From: Planctomycetota bacterium
GTDB lineage: Bacteria > Planctomycetota > Planctomycetia > Pirellulales > Pirellulaceae
Reading direction: 5' to 3'
NCBI GenBank assembly: GCA_039025515.1
Contig: JBCCOI010000001.1
Coordinates: 6,221-70,220 of the forward strand
Length of the DNA stretch: 64,000 nt
The translations under genes were made by a program, and so were the position numbers. A model generated the notes under the pieces. That model was not told where the DNA came from. It did no database searches and worked only from the letters and a program-made list of their open reading frames with translations. Below, piece by piece: positions 47,581 through 56,805 of this stretch; the first letter of the stretch is position 1; every line of letters begins with the position of its first letter.

Positions 47581-48236
47581 TCATTCCCAACCGAGCTTCG
47601 CGAGTTCTTGGCGAAGCTCTTTTCTTGCGCGGTTCAATCGCGAACCGACCGTCCCTTCAGGGATGCCGACTGATTCGGCGATCTCCTGATAGGAGAGTCC
47701 CCGCTGTTCTTTCAGGAGCACGACGGCTCTGAGTTCCGGTTCCAGCCGGGACATGGCGGTTTCAAGCAGTTGGGCTTCTTCGCTTGCCCCGATGCGGTCC
47801 GGATCGCTGGTCTCTGGTTCGGCGACTAGCGGAGCGGTCGCACGTCGCTTGTTGCGGCGAAGATGCTGCAATGCTTCATTGGTTGCCAGTCGGTACAGCC
47901 ACGTTTCGAGTTTCGACTGGCCATTGAACTGGTCGAGCTTGCGAAACATCGTCAGAAATACGTGCTGCGTCAGATCGTCCGCATCCTGCCTGCCGACCAT
48001 GCGGACCATCAGGCCGTAGACGTGGTCGCTGCATCGCTCGTAAAGCCTTTGCATTGCGCAGCGGTCACCCGCGAGACAGACTTCGATTGCTCCTACTCAG
48101 CAATTGGTCGAAGCCTTTGCATTGCGCAGCGGTCACCCGCGAGACAGGCTTCGACCAATTGCTGAGTAGGAGCAATCGAAGTCGATTCGCCAATCCTTGT
48201 ATCTTCGTTCTCTTGGCTTGCTTCATCCAAACGCAT
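47581..48236 (-). pseudogene. ECF sigma factor interrupted by a 68-bp duplication/inversion; 157-aa remnant at 47581-48054
   Basis: DADDLTQ, TWLYRLATN, LSYQEIA, GTVGSRLNRAR; removing the 68 bp restores MRLDE...QLVEACLAGDRCAMQRLYER. Confidence 0.8.
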
Positions 48237-48537
48237 GACCTCCGGTGTCATTCGCAACGAACGTGCCCCTTATCGAAGAACACGGTTCGGTCGCCTGAGC
48301 ATTCTCAGATTTTCGAGTGAAGAAATCCGAACGCCCGGCATCGAAATTTCCAGCACAGTTGATGACACGCGACAGCGCAACGGTCCTCAGTCGGCTGCGT
48401 TTTCGCAGCCGTGCATTGATCGTCGAATCGGTCGCCGTCGAAAAACCCATGTGCATCGTCAGGAATGTACGCACGCTCATCGCCGCACCGCAAAAACGGG
48501 CGTCGATGGCGTAACTGTCTAAAATTACAAGAGTAAC

Positions 48538-48554
48538 ATACCCTGCCGGGGTAT
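48538..48554. promoter_or_regulatory. CsoR-type operator upstream of the 48633 operon
   Basis: ATACCCTGCCGGGGTAT. Confidence 0.75.
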
Positions 48555-48632
48555 TGAAGGGTGTGCCGAAATTCGTCGTTTTGCCGTGCCCGATTCGGTA
48601 CGCAATAGTCCCGATCAAAAGGAGGATTATCC

Positions 48633-49466
48633 ATGAAAACACTCAATCGAACAGCATTCGTGTCGGGCTTACTTGCGTTTGTCCTGCTGGTTTCAACTGC
48701 GTTTGCCCAGTCATCGGACAAGCACCAGCACGGTGATGCCGCTGCACCGGCCGATCTTGGAGCGGAGTTGCGAAAACTACAAGGCAAGGTCGCGGAACTG
48801 GAAGCGGCACTGGCTACCTCGCACCGTGAGAAGTACGGCACAACCAGCGATGCCGGTCAGCCAGCGATGAACTCGATGAAGAAGATGGGCGGCATGGGGA
48901 TGGGGATGATGAGCGGCATGAAAGGCATGTCTCAGGATTCAGACAGCCAGATGTCGGGCATGGGAATGGGCATGATGGGAAAAGGCATGGGCGGCATGGG
49001 GATGATGTCCATGATGAAAGGCAAGAAGGGAATGATGGGCATGGGGATGATGGGAATGAATCCCGCCATGTCATCGGACTCGATGGCTGGAATGGATATG
49101 CCATCGTCCCTGCCCGGATTCCCCGGAGCGTCGCACGTCTACCACATCGGCCAGACCGGTTTTTTTCTCGATCACCCCGAGCACATCACGCTGACCAACG
49201 AGCAACAAAAGAAGCTGAATTCGATCAAAGAAGCATCGCTGCTGGTGACGTCTACGGCTGAACGCGAGATCGCCGAAGCCGAGCAGGAGTTGTGGAAGCT
49301 GACTGCGGCCGATGAGCCGGACATCAAGAAGATCGAAGCAAAAGCAAAGGAGATTGCGCAGCTTCAAGTGAAAACGCGAATCGCCTTCATTCGCTCGGTT
49401 GGTGATGCCGCCAACGTACTGACGAAAGAGCAACGGCAGATTCTTGTTGGTGAGCAAAAGAAGTGA
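48633..49466 (+). CDS. Met-rich periplasmic Spy/CpxP-like metal-binding protein
   Basis: Signal peptide, long Met/Gly tract, LTNEQ and LTKEQ motifs; AGGAGG RBS. Confidence 0.82.
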   Translation: MKTLNRTAFVSGLLAFVLLVSTAFAQSSDKHQHGDAAAPADLGAELRKLQGKVAELEAALATSHREKYGTTSDAGQPAMNSMKKMGGMGMGMMSGMKGMSQDSDSQMSGMGMGMMGKGMGGMGMMSMMKGKKGMMGMGMMGMNPAMSSDSMAGMDMPSSLPGFPGASHVYHIGQTGFFLDHPEHITLTNEQQKKLNSIKEASLLVTSTAEREIAEAEQELWKLTAADEPDIKKIEAKAKEIAQLQVKTRIAFIRSVGDAANVLTKEQRQILVGEQKK

Positions 49467-49524
49467 GATCAGGTCGTACGAACGGATTAGTGAAGTAACT
49501 GAACCAAACGAAAAGGAGAACCTT

Positions 49525-49995
49525 ATGCAAACGAAAAGCAAACTGATCGGTGGAGTCGGTGTGGTTGCATCAATCATGCTTGCCACGGTGATCACATTCG
49601 CCGGACTGGCAAACGCTCAGGACCACAAGCACGATTCACACGGCAAGAACCACGATCATGCCCACGCGATGAAGATGACGAAAATGACGCACATCAAAAC
49701 GCGGGCTGAGGCGGAGGCACTCAAGCCCGGCGATTCGATCGCGATGGTGTGCAGCATGTGCAAGATCGTCACCGTGTATCCCGTCGGCAATGACAAGTCG
49801 CATGTAGAGATGATGACGGTCGGCAATACGCATACCTGCTCCTCGTGTAGCGGCAAGGTCACTGTCAAAGGCACCGGCAAGGCCGAAGGTAGGCATCAGG
49901 AAGTCAAGCATGTCTGCGGCAAGTGCGGTGAAGATGCGATGTTCGTGGTTGCGACAAAGGCTGGCGATCATGAGAAGCACCGTCAACACAAGTGA
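49525..49995 (+). CDS. Exported His/Cys-rich protein
   Basis: Signal peptide, His tract, CSMC, CSSC, CGKC; AGGAG RBS. Confidence 0.72.
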   Translation: MQTKSKLIGGVGVVASIMLATVITFAGLANAQDHKHDSHGKNHDHAHAMKMTKMTHIKTRAEAEALKPGDSIAMVCSMCKIVTVYPVGNDKSHVEMMTVGNTHTCSSCSGKVTVKGTGKAEGRHQEVKHVCGKCGEDAMFVVATKAGDHEKHRQHK

Positions 49996-50109
49996 TCTTC
50001 CTTGTGAAATGCTCTGAAGAATCGCGTGGCTCGTGCATCAAAGCTCACGGAGGTGCGCTCGGTGTGCGGGCTGCCCGTCGTGTACCAGACGTGAATTTGA
50101 AAGGCTGAT

Positions 50110-51459
50110 ATGTCGGACCGTGACAACATTTTCGAGAACGCACTTTTGCGGCTCGACCGTGCGGCTCAGTTTGCAAACATTGATTCCGAAGCTCTGGATC
50201 GTCTGAGACATCCGAAATCAGTCGTAAACGTCAGCATTCCGATTCGGATGGATGACGGCTCGTTGCGAATCTTTGAAGGCTACCGCGTTCGTCACGACGA
50301 TACTCGCGGCCCGACGAAAGGCGGAATTCGTTTTCATCCACAAGTGCATCTAGGTGAAGTCAAGGCACTGGCATTCTGGATGACGTGCAAATGTGCCGTG
50401 GCAGGAGTACCGTTTGGCGGCGGCAAGGGTGGCGTGATTGTCAATCCGATAGAGCTTTCACGCATGGAACTGGAACGACTCAGTCGAGGCTTCGTCCAGC
50501 AGCTTGCTGACTTCATCGGCCCCGACACCGACATTCCGGCTCCCGATGTCTATACGAACTCCATGATCATGGGCTGGATGATGGATGAGTATTCCACCAT
50601 CCAGCGGCGACGCACGCCGGATGTCATCACCGGCAAGCCGATTCCGCTTGGCGGCAGTCTTGGTCGCGATGACGCCACCGGACGTGGTGCTTACTACTGC
50701 ATCAAAGAATTGGAACGGATCAACGATTGGACTCCCGAAAACGTTCGGGTTGCCGTTCAGGGATTTGGAAACGCTGGTCAGCATGTCGCTCGGTTGCTTC
50801 ATGCAGATGGCTATCGGTGCGTGGCCATCAGTGATTCCAAAGGGGGAGTCTACCGTGACGACGGAATTGATATTCCGCGAGCCATCGAACTGAAACGCTC
50901 ACAAACGTCGGTATCGAACGTGTATGGCGATCGTAGTGTTTGCGATTGTCCGGAATGCGGTTGCGTGGAATGTCATTGCAATCCTGACGATTCGGGCAGT
51001 GGTACCGTGATCACGAATGAACAGCTACTTGAGCTGGATGTGGAGTTGTTGATTCCGGCTGCCTTGGAGAACCAAATCACCGTCGAAAATGCTTCTCGGA
51101 TCACAGCCGCCTACATCGTCGAAGTCGCTAACGGACCAACAACGACGGAAGCCGACGACATTCTGAAAGAACTGGGGGCGACAGTTGTTCCAGACATCTT
51201 GGCCAATGCTGGTGGCGTCACCGTCAGCTACTTCGAGTGGACTCAGAATCGGGCGGGCTACTACTGGAGTGAAGAGGAAGTGCATGAACGTTTGCAGAAG
51301 ATTATGGCTCAGGAATTCACAGCCATTCATAACCTGAGCGTCGAGTCAGAAATTGACATGCGTACGGCCGCCTACGCCCATGCTCTTAACCGTATCGGTG
51401 AAGCGATGGAATCGCAGGGAACCAGCCGATACTTCAACGCAGCGATGCAAATGACATGA
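50110..51459 (+). CDS. gdhA: Glu/Leu/Phe/Val dehydrogenase (glutamate dehydrogenase)
   Basis: RGPTKGGIRF, GGGKGG, DIPAPD, QGFGNAG, EVANGP, NAGGVTVSYFEW. Confidence 0.92.
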   Translation: MSDRDNIFENALLRLDRAAQFANIDSEALDRLRHPKSVVNVSIPIRMDDGSLRIFEGYRVRHDDTRGPTKGGIRFHPQVHLGEVKALAFWMTCKCAVAGVPFGGGKGGVIVNPIELSRMELERLSRGFVQQLADFIGPDTDIPAPDVYTNSMIMGWMMDEYSTIQRRRTPDVITGKPIPLGGSLGRDDATGRGAYYCIKELERINDWTPENVRVAVQGFGNAGQHVARLLHADGYRCVAISDSKGGVYRDDGIDIPRAIELKRSQTSVSNVYGDRSVCDCPECGCVECHCNPDDSGSGTVITNEQLLELDVELLIPAALENQITVENASRITAAYIVEVANGPTTTEADDILKELGATVVPDILANAGGVTVSYFEWTQNRAGYYWSEEEVHERLQKIMAQEFTAIHNLSVESEIDMRTAAYAHALNRIGEAMESQGTSRYFNAAMQMT

Positions 51460-53468
51460 ATGAAAAGAATGGACGCAAAATCAGCAAGACGAAGTCACGC
51501 CTCACGTGGGTAAACGCCGTCACGACGTTAGTGCTGTTGTTGGTGGCGACTGCATCGACTGCGATCGCTCAGGTATCGCCGGAAGAGCACGCCGCACATC
51601 ATCCTGAAGAGGCCGGTGCGAATACTGGCGGGTCGGGAAATCGTGGCATGGGTGGCATGATGGGTGGCAACGGCGGCGGGATGATGGGCGGGGGCATGGG
51701 CGGAATGATGGATGGCATGATGGAGAAGATGGGTGCGCCCAAGCCCAAAGACCTCTATCCGTCTTTGATGGAGCTGCCCGACCTGCCGATGGAACGCCGC
51801 CACGAGTTGGAGCAGGAGGCTCACGAGCGAATGATCGCGGGAACTCGTTTGCTGGGTAAAGGCTTTGATCAGTTGTCTCGTTCGGCTGCCGGTGATGACT
51901 TTGCTGCAATGCAATCCGCCACAGCGAAGATTCGCGAAGGACTAAATGATTTTGAAAGCGGTCTCGCTGCCCATCGTGCTCTGCGAGAGGGCAAAGCTCC
52001 TCGGAACGTTGCCTTGCAGTGGTTCAAACGTGAACTCAACATCGACGATGCCGTGAACACGGCCTCATCGAAGGCGCTGCTGTGGGGAATGTCGCCGTTT
52101 CACACGAGCATGATGGCTGTCCTGATTCTGTTCGCGGTGGTGATGATCTGGATGTACTTCTTCAAGATGCGACGTGCGGCATCACTGCTGGAAAGACTCT
52201 CGACTGCAAACGCGGGGACAAGCGGGGGCGAAGCTGGGACTGGGGGAGTCGCGAGCGTTGTGGAAAGGGACACACAATCAACTGCTCCCGAGACACTTCC
52301 TCCGGACTCTCAACCCTCAACCCTAGACTCTCAACCCGAGAACGATTGTTGTGCCACTGAGGATGGCTGCCCCACGGAATCTCCCTCCGGCGGCGTTGAT
52401 TCCAGCGGCTTGATTCCGGTGGCCAAGAAAAAACTTTGTCGATTGCGAGTCGCCAAGATCACCGACGAGACGGACGACGTTAAAACGATTCGGCTTGTCG
52501 CCTGTCATGGAGGCAGAATTCCTTTCAATCATCTGCCCGGTCAGTTTCTGACTTTTACGCTTCCGGTTGGAGAAAAGCCGATTCGGCGAAGCTACACGAT
52601 TTCGTCTGCTCCCACGCAAGCGTACTACTGCGAAGTCACCGTCAAGCGAGAAGACAAGGGGGCCGGGTCGCGTTACATCTGCGATGAACTGAAAGTCGGC
52701 GACACACTGGAAGTAAAAGCTCCCAGCGGACGATTCACGTTCACCGGGGAAGAATCAGACAGTGTGGTGCTAATTGCTGGTGGTGTTGGCATCACGCCGA
52801 TGATGAGCGTCACGCGAGCACTCACCGACATGTGCTGGCCGGGCGAAATCCATTTCATCGTTGCTTGCCGCGATCCAAAGCACTTCATTTTCGAGTCTGA
52901 AATCAAGCGTCTCGAAGAACGATACGACAACCTGCACGTCCACGTGGCCATGAGTCGTATTGAGCACGATACCAACGGCTATCGAAAGGGAAGGCTCAGC
53001 AAAGATTTGCTGGCCGAGTGGGTGCCCGACATCGCCACCAAGCGAGTCCATATCTGCGGTGCTCCGGCAATGATGGAAGCAACCAAAGGAATGCTGGCAG
53101 AACTCGGCGTTCCTGCGGAGAGCATTCACACAGAGAACTTTGGCTCGACACAGAAGCCAAAAGCCAAAGTGGCCAAAGGGCAGGAAGCACACGAACCGAA
53201 GGTGACAGGAGCCAAGGTCACGTTTGCGACTTCGGACAAGTCAACCGAACTGTTGGCGGACGAAACGATCCTCGAAGCGGCGGAACGAGTCGATGTTGAT
53301 ATCGGCTACTCGTGTCGAGTCGGAACCTGCGGCATTTGTGTTGCGAAGCTGCTCTCGGGCGAAGTGACGATGGAAGTCGATGATGGCTTGGAGCCGGAAA
53401 ACCGTGATGCCGGGATGATTCTGTGCTGCCAAGCGAAGGCAAAGAATGACGTGAGCATCGACGCATGA
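51456..53468 (+). CDS. Membrane-anchored FAD/NAD oxidoreductase-2Fe-2S ferredoxin fusion with Met-rich periplasmic N-terminus
   Basis: RSYTISS, AGGVGITP, ICG..MM, CRVGTCGIC, LCCQ. Confidence 0.88.
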   Translation: MNEKNGRKISKTKSRLTWVNAVTTLVLLLVATASTAIAQVSPEEHAAHHPEEAGANTGGSGNRGMGGMMGGNGGGMMGGGMGGMMDGMMEKMGAPKPKDLYPSLMELPDLPMERRHELEQEAHERMIAGTRLLGKGFDQLSRSAAGDDFAAMQSATAKIREGLNDFESGLAAHRALREGKAPRNVALQWFKRELNIDDAVNTASSKALLWGMSPFHTSMMAVLILFAVVMIWMYFFKMRRAASLLERLSTANAGTSGGEAGTGGVASVVERDTQSTAPETLPPDSQPSTLDSQPENDCCATEDGCPTESPSGGVDSSGLIPVAKKKLCRLRVAKITDETDDVKTIRLVACHGGRIPFNHLPGQFLTFTLPVGEKPIRRSYTISSAPTQAYYCEVTVKREDKGAGSRYICDELKVGDTLEVKAPSGRFTFTGEESDSVVLIAGGVGITPMMSVTRALTDMCWPGEIHFIVACRDPKHFIFESEIKRLEERYDNLHVHVAMSRIEHDTNGYRKGRLSKDLLAEWVPDIATKRVHICGAPAMMEATKGMLAELGVPAESIHTENFGSTQKPKAKVAKGQEAHEPKVTGAKVTFATSDKSTELLADETILEAAERVDVDIGYSCRVGTCGICVAKLLSGEVTMEVDDGLEPENRDAGMILCCQAKAKNDVSIDA

Positions 53469-54229
53469 AGGAACGGGAGAAAATCGTCGTTTCCGGCCTC
53501 GTCATGCTGATGCTGCTCGCATGGCTTGGCTTTCCACTACATCACTCCCATCGCTTCGCAGGCAGTTTCTGGGGTGGCGTTCTCGGCGTGACGGGTGCGG
53601 TCCTGATGCTCGTTCCGCTCGCCTACTTGATTGTCAAACGCAACAAGAGTCTCAAGACATCGGTCACGAAACACGTCTCGATGCGAACGCTCTTGGCTTG
53701 GCACATCTACGCGGGCGTGCTTGGTCCGATTCTCGTCATCATCCACAGCGGCCACAAATACGAAAGTTTGGTTGGAATCTCTTTGACGGCAATGACGCTC
53801 CTCGTGGTCGTCAGTGGGTTCGTTGGTCGCTATCTGATGTCGGGTTTTGCCAAGGAAATTCGCGAAAAGAAAGCCATGCTCAACGAACTGCAAATGGCCT
53901 ATGACGAAGCTCTCATTGCTACACAAGCTGATCCGGCGGCGGCAAAAAGCCTGCGACCGTTCTCTGGCTTTTTCAGTCGGCTGATGGCTGGTTTCTTTCT
54001 TCCCGAACCGAGTACCGAGCCATCCATTGCGAAAGCCGATGCCATCACGCTGGTGCGTCTTGCGGAGTCCATTGCCGATGTCGAATACGCCATTCGCACA
54101 CACGAAGATTTCAAGCAATGGTTCGGCAAGTGGCTGAAGTTCCACATTGTGATCTCGTTCGTTCTGTACGCACTGATGTTCGTGCATGTCTATTACGCCG
54201 TCTACTTCGGCTTGCGTTGGTTTGAGTAG
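53465..54229 (+). CDS. Ferric-reductase-like cytochrome b membrane protein
   Basis: TM helices with WHIYAG, IIHSG, SGFVGRY, FHIV, VHV. Confidence 0.72.
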   Translation: MKEREKIVVSGLVMLMLLAWLGFPLHHSHRFAGSFWGGVLGVTGAVLMLVPLAYLIVKRNKSLKTSVTKHVSMRTLLAWHIYAGVLGPILVIIHSGHKYESLVGISLTAMTLLVVVSGFVGRYLMSGFAKEIREKKAMLNELQMAYDEALIATQADPAAAKSLRPFSGFFSRLMAGFFLPEPSTEPSIAKADAITLVRLAESIADVEYAIRTHEDFKQWFGKWLKFHIVISFVLYALMFVHVYYAVYFGLRWFE

Positions 54230-54239
54230 TGGTGATGCA

Positions 54240-55025
54240 ATGACACGATGGACGATCATCATTCTTGTTCTTGTCGCCGGCGTTGCGGTGGCGTATGGAG
54301 CCGGTTGGATTCCTCGTGAGACAAGAGAAGCGGTTTCTCATTCGATGCACCGAGCCGTCAATCCGGGCAAGCTCTCCGCCGCTCATGCAAGTCTCGCCAA
54401 CAACTGCAATGCCTGTCACACGCCAGTGAAGGGAGTGGACTCGGCGAAGTGCATTCTTTGCCACGCCAATAACGAATCACTTCTGCAACGTCAGCCGACT
54501 GCGTTTCACGCGAGCGTCAACACTTGCAAGCAGTGCCATTTGGAACATCGCGGTGTAGATGCCAACTTGTCGTTAATGGACCACTCGTTGCTGACGGACA
54601 TTGGCATGAAGCAGATGCAGAACGCCGAGCCGGGGACGGAGGAACTTGCCGCCTATTTGCGGCTGAGTGCCAAACTCGACTCGGGCGTTCCACCTCATTC
54701 TCGCATCCACCTGAATGAGTCTGTCTTGGACTGTGCCTCGTGTCATTCCAATGACGACCGTCATCAGAGCTTGTTCGGTTCTGATTGTGCTCAATGTCAC
54801 GCGACCGACCGTTGGACAATTCCCGAGTACAAGCACCCGTCACCGCAATCGACCGATTGCAGCCAGTGCCATCAGGCACCACCAAGCCACTACATGATGC
54901 ACTTCAAGATGATTTCGGCCCGCGTGGCGGGAAAGCCTCATGCGAGAGTCGACCAATGCGGCCAGTGCCACCAAACAACATCATGGAACGACATCAAACG
55001 AGTCGGCTGGTACAAGCATCATTGA
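54240..55025 (+). CDS. Multiheme (7 CxxCH) cytochrome c
   Basis: CNACH, CILCH, CKQCH, CASCH, CAQCH, CSQCH, CGQCH. Confidence 0.9.
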   Translation: MTRWTIIILVLVAGVAVAYGAGWIPRETREAVSHSMHRAVNPGKLSAAHASLANNCNACHTPVKGVDSAKCILCHANNESLLQRQPTAFHASVNTCKQCHLEHRGVDANLSLMDHSLLTDIGMKQMQNAEPGTEELAAYLRLSAKLDSGVPPHSRIHLNESVLDCASCHSNDDRHQSLFGSDCAQCHATDRWTIPEYKHPSPQSTDCSQCHQAPPSHYMMHFKMISARVAGKPHARVDQCGQCHQTTSWNDIKRVGWYKHH

Positions 55026-55039
55026 GGAGACCGTGAACC

Positions 55040-55447
55040 ATGCCTGATACCACCAGCATCGTCGAACACAACGTCATCCTGATTGTCGGCTGGGTGAAGC
55101 TCGCGATTGAAGTGTTCGGCGCTACGCTGGTCACAATTGGCGTGTGCGTGGCAATCGTTCACTGGATTCGCACCGTCAGGAGTGGGAAGGAACAGGACTT
55201 CGCCCAGACGCGACTCATTCTTGCTCGCTACCTTTCGCTGGCTCTGGAATTTCAGCTTGGTGCCGACATTCTCGGGACAGCCGTTTCACCGAGTTGGGAT
55301 CACATTGGAAAGCTGGCCGCAGTCGCGATCATTCGCACGGGCTTGAACTACTTCCTTATGATGGAAATCAAAGCACAGGCTCCGCGAGACAACCCAGCAA
55401 CAAAGCCGGTGTCGCAGGAAGCAAAACTGAGTGGGGCTGAGCCATGA
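55040..55447 (+). CDS. DUF1622-family membrane protein
   Basis: LALEFQLGADIL.T, IIRTGLNYFL. Confidence 0.82.
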   Translation: MPDTTSIVEHNVILIVGWVKLAIEVFGATLVTIGVCVAIVHWIRTVRSGKEQDFAQTRLILARYLSLALEFQLGADILGTAVSPSWDHIGKLAAVAIIRTGLNYFLMMEIKAQAPRDNPATKPVSQEAKLSGAEP

Positions 55448-55555
55448 CGCGGTAGGTTTCGTATGGTCGAACGTGGGTCGTGCATTTTTTTGCGCTGCGT
55501 GGTGAAGAAGGAAGGAGGTTGAACATCTAAACGGAGAAATTAAGGAGATATTCCT

Positions 55556-55759
55556 TTGAAACACTTTTTGCACATGCTGATCGGTTGCGGTCTGCCGATG
55601 CTGCTGATTTTCGTCTTGCCATTATTCGGCGTCAGCGAGGGAATCACGATGACGGTGTTCATCGTCCTGATGCTCGGGTGTCACTTGCTGATGATGCGAG
55701 GCCACATGACCGACCATTCTGCTAACCATGCAAACCACCAAGAGGACCGCCATGAATAA
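55556..55759 (+). CDS. Small His-rich membrane protein
   Basis: AAGGAG RBS, HMLIGC, CHLLMM. Confidence 0.62.
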   Translation: MKHFLHMLIGCGLPMLLIFVLPLFGVSEGITMTVFIVLMLGCHLLMMRGHMTDHSANHANHQEDRHE

Positions 55760-56030
55760 GTTGAGTATTCCCCGATTCGGTTTCGCAGTTGGGATGGCCT
55801 GCGCGATCGCGTACGTCGGTTGTGTGTTCGTCATGCTGACTGTGCCGCAGGATGTCGCAATTCGCTTTTTCAACAGTCTGATGCACGGCGTTGATGTGAC
55901 GACAATCATGCGTTGGGACATGCCTTGGTGGGAGACAGTGCTCGGGGTGATCGAGATTTTCGTCCTCGGTTGGCTGTTCGGAGCCTTAATTGCTGGATGC
56001 TACAACTGCTGCGGCAAGTCGAGAAGCTAA
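55752..56030 (+). CDS. Small membrane protein (DUF5676-like)
   Basis: AYVGC, FFNSLMHG.D, GWLFGALIA.CYN. Confidence 0.72.
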   Translation: MNKLSIPRFGFAVGMACAIAYVGCVFVMLTVPQDVAIRFFNSLMHGVDVTTIMRWDMPWWETVLGVIEIFVLGWLFGALIAGCYNCCGKSRS

Positions 56031-56276
56031 CCGAGTATGTGGGAGAAAGGGTGGTTAAGAATCTTGACTTACCGTCGAGGGGCGAGTCTGCATCCTGACG
56101 TGTTTAGGCAGGCAGAGGAAACCTGTTGGGTGAATCTGTATTGAAGAAAGAAACCAATATGGCGGTATGCAAAGACTGGTTCATTCTTGCGTTGTAGAGA
56201 ACCTAACATTGACTCCGAAGCATCATTTGCCGATAATCGACCTATCGGCGGCGGTCTCTCTCTCGCAGATTTTCCT

Positions 56277-56663
56277 ATGTTCAACCGTTTCATCCACCTG
56301 TTGATGTGCATGACCGTGCTGGTTTGTCCAGCGATGGGTGGGGCGTGTTGTGCAGACGTGGGCGATGCTTCCGTTGAGATTGGGGGCTGTGAGCATCACT
56401 GCTGTTGTGATGCGGAAGGGGAGCAAGCTCCGGTCACTCCTGCCTGTCCTGAGCCGTGTCACGATTGTTTCTGTGCGGGGGCGTTGCCTCCGGGGTTCAA
56501 CGCTTCGGTTGAACTGGCAGGAATGGTGGACGCTGTCGAGTTCGCTGCTTTCAATGAATTGGCAGTGACATTCGGCACGCAGCGTCTCGAATTTGGTTCG
56601 CAAGACGAATCGCCTCCGCATGGGCGAATCCTGCTGACTTCTTATTGCAGATTTCTGCTGTAA
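56277..56663 (+). CDS. Cys-rich exported leader protein upstream of czcBA
   Basis: VCP..CC, HHCCC, CHDCFC, ends YCRFLL. Confidence 0.65.
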   Translation: MFNRFIHLLMCMTVLVCPAMGGACCADVGDASVEIGGCEHHCCCDAEGEQAPVTPACPEPCHDCFCAGALPPGFNASVELAGMVDAVEFAAFNELAVTFGTQRLEFGSQDESPPHGRILLTSYCRFLL

Positions 56664-56805
56664 GACACTCTTTCAGCCGTTTCTTGGCTGCACCTCGATG
56701 TGACTTCTCGTTGCTTCGTGCTGCGCGGCCCGAAATCGGCTCCGTCGTTTGCTTGGCAACAAGCATCGTTTGAGTGTCACTCTCTGTTACAGCGGACGCA
56801 ACATC

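Noticed and set aside
48223-48642. 139-aa ORF on the - strand
   Set aside because: Spans the divergent promoter and CsoR box, overlaps both neighbours and has no recognisable motif
48880-49070. GGCATG/ATGATG tandem-like DNA repeats
   Set aside because: Explained by the Met/Gly-rich coding tract
56151-56168. Fifth CsoR box (AAACC-N8-GGTAT) before the czc operon
   Set aside because: Wrong spacing and a mismatched left arm compared with the four clear boxes
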